64,000 nt of DNA, from assembly GCA_050294405.1 (NCBI GenBank), contig JBNKOC010000028.1, positions 32,001 to 96,000 on the forward strand, read 5' to 3'. A program made the position numbers and the translations under genes. Source of the stretch: Fibrobacteria bacterium. Its GTDB lineage: Bacteria > Fibrobacterota > Fibrobacteria > UBA11236 > JADFYW01. Shown in pieces: positions 64,000 to 64,000 of the stretch. The notes under the pieces are model-generated. The model had not been told where the DNA came from. It did no database searches and saw nothing but the letters and a program-made list of their open reading frames with translations. Every line of letters starts with the position of its first letter. Positions within the stretch are counted from its first letter, which is position 1.

Positions 64000-64000
64000 T

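Overview
Core-chromosome window of an AT-rich Gram-negative bacterium, most likely FCB group and probably Fibrobacterota-like. This is inferred from a T9SS C-terminal sorting domain, PorV-family genes, a Bacteroidetes-type primary sigma factor and TTG-N20-TAnnTTTG promoters. It holds a rearranged origin-region gene set: rpmH-rnpA-yidD-yidC-mnmE-recF-dciA-gyrB-purA on the minus strand and rsmG-parA-parB-M23-bactofilin-atp operon on the plus strand. dnaN sits about 20 kb away, and dnaA, gyrA and mnmG are not in the window. There are three intragenic parS sites, a candidate oriC at 37.2-37.5 kb and one tRNA-Met. No mobile element, CRISPR array or rRNA was seen. The two most notable signals are regulatory. 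(1) A flgM-like gene has a leader with two face-to-face sigma-28 promoters, one of which appears to drive an unannotated ~68-nt antisense sRNA with its own terminator. (2) A three-gene operon (exported transglutaminase-like/TPR protein, CHASE2 class III adenylyl cyclase, FlgO/CsgG-like protein) is preceded by tandem CRP boxes, and a canonical CRP is encoded in the same window. Also present are a T9SS-tagged M6 pseudo-peptidase and a PorV-family protein with a beta-propeller insertion. All calls come from reading motifs by eye; no searches were run.
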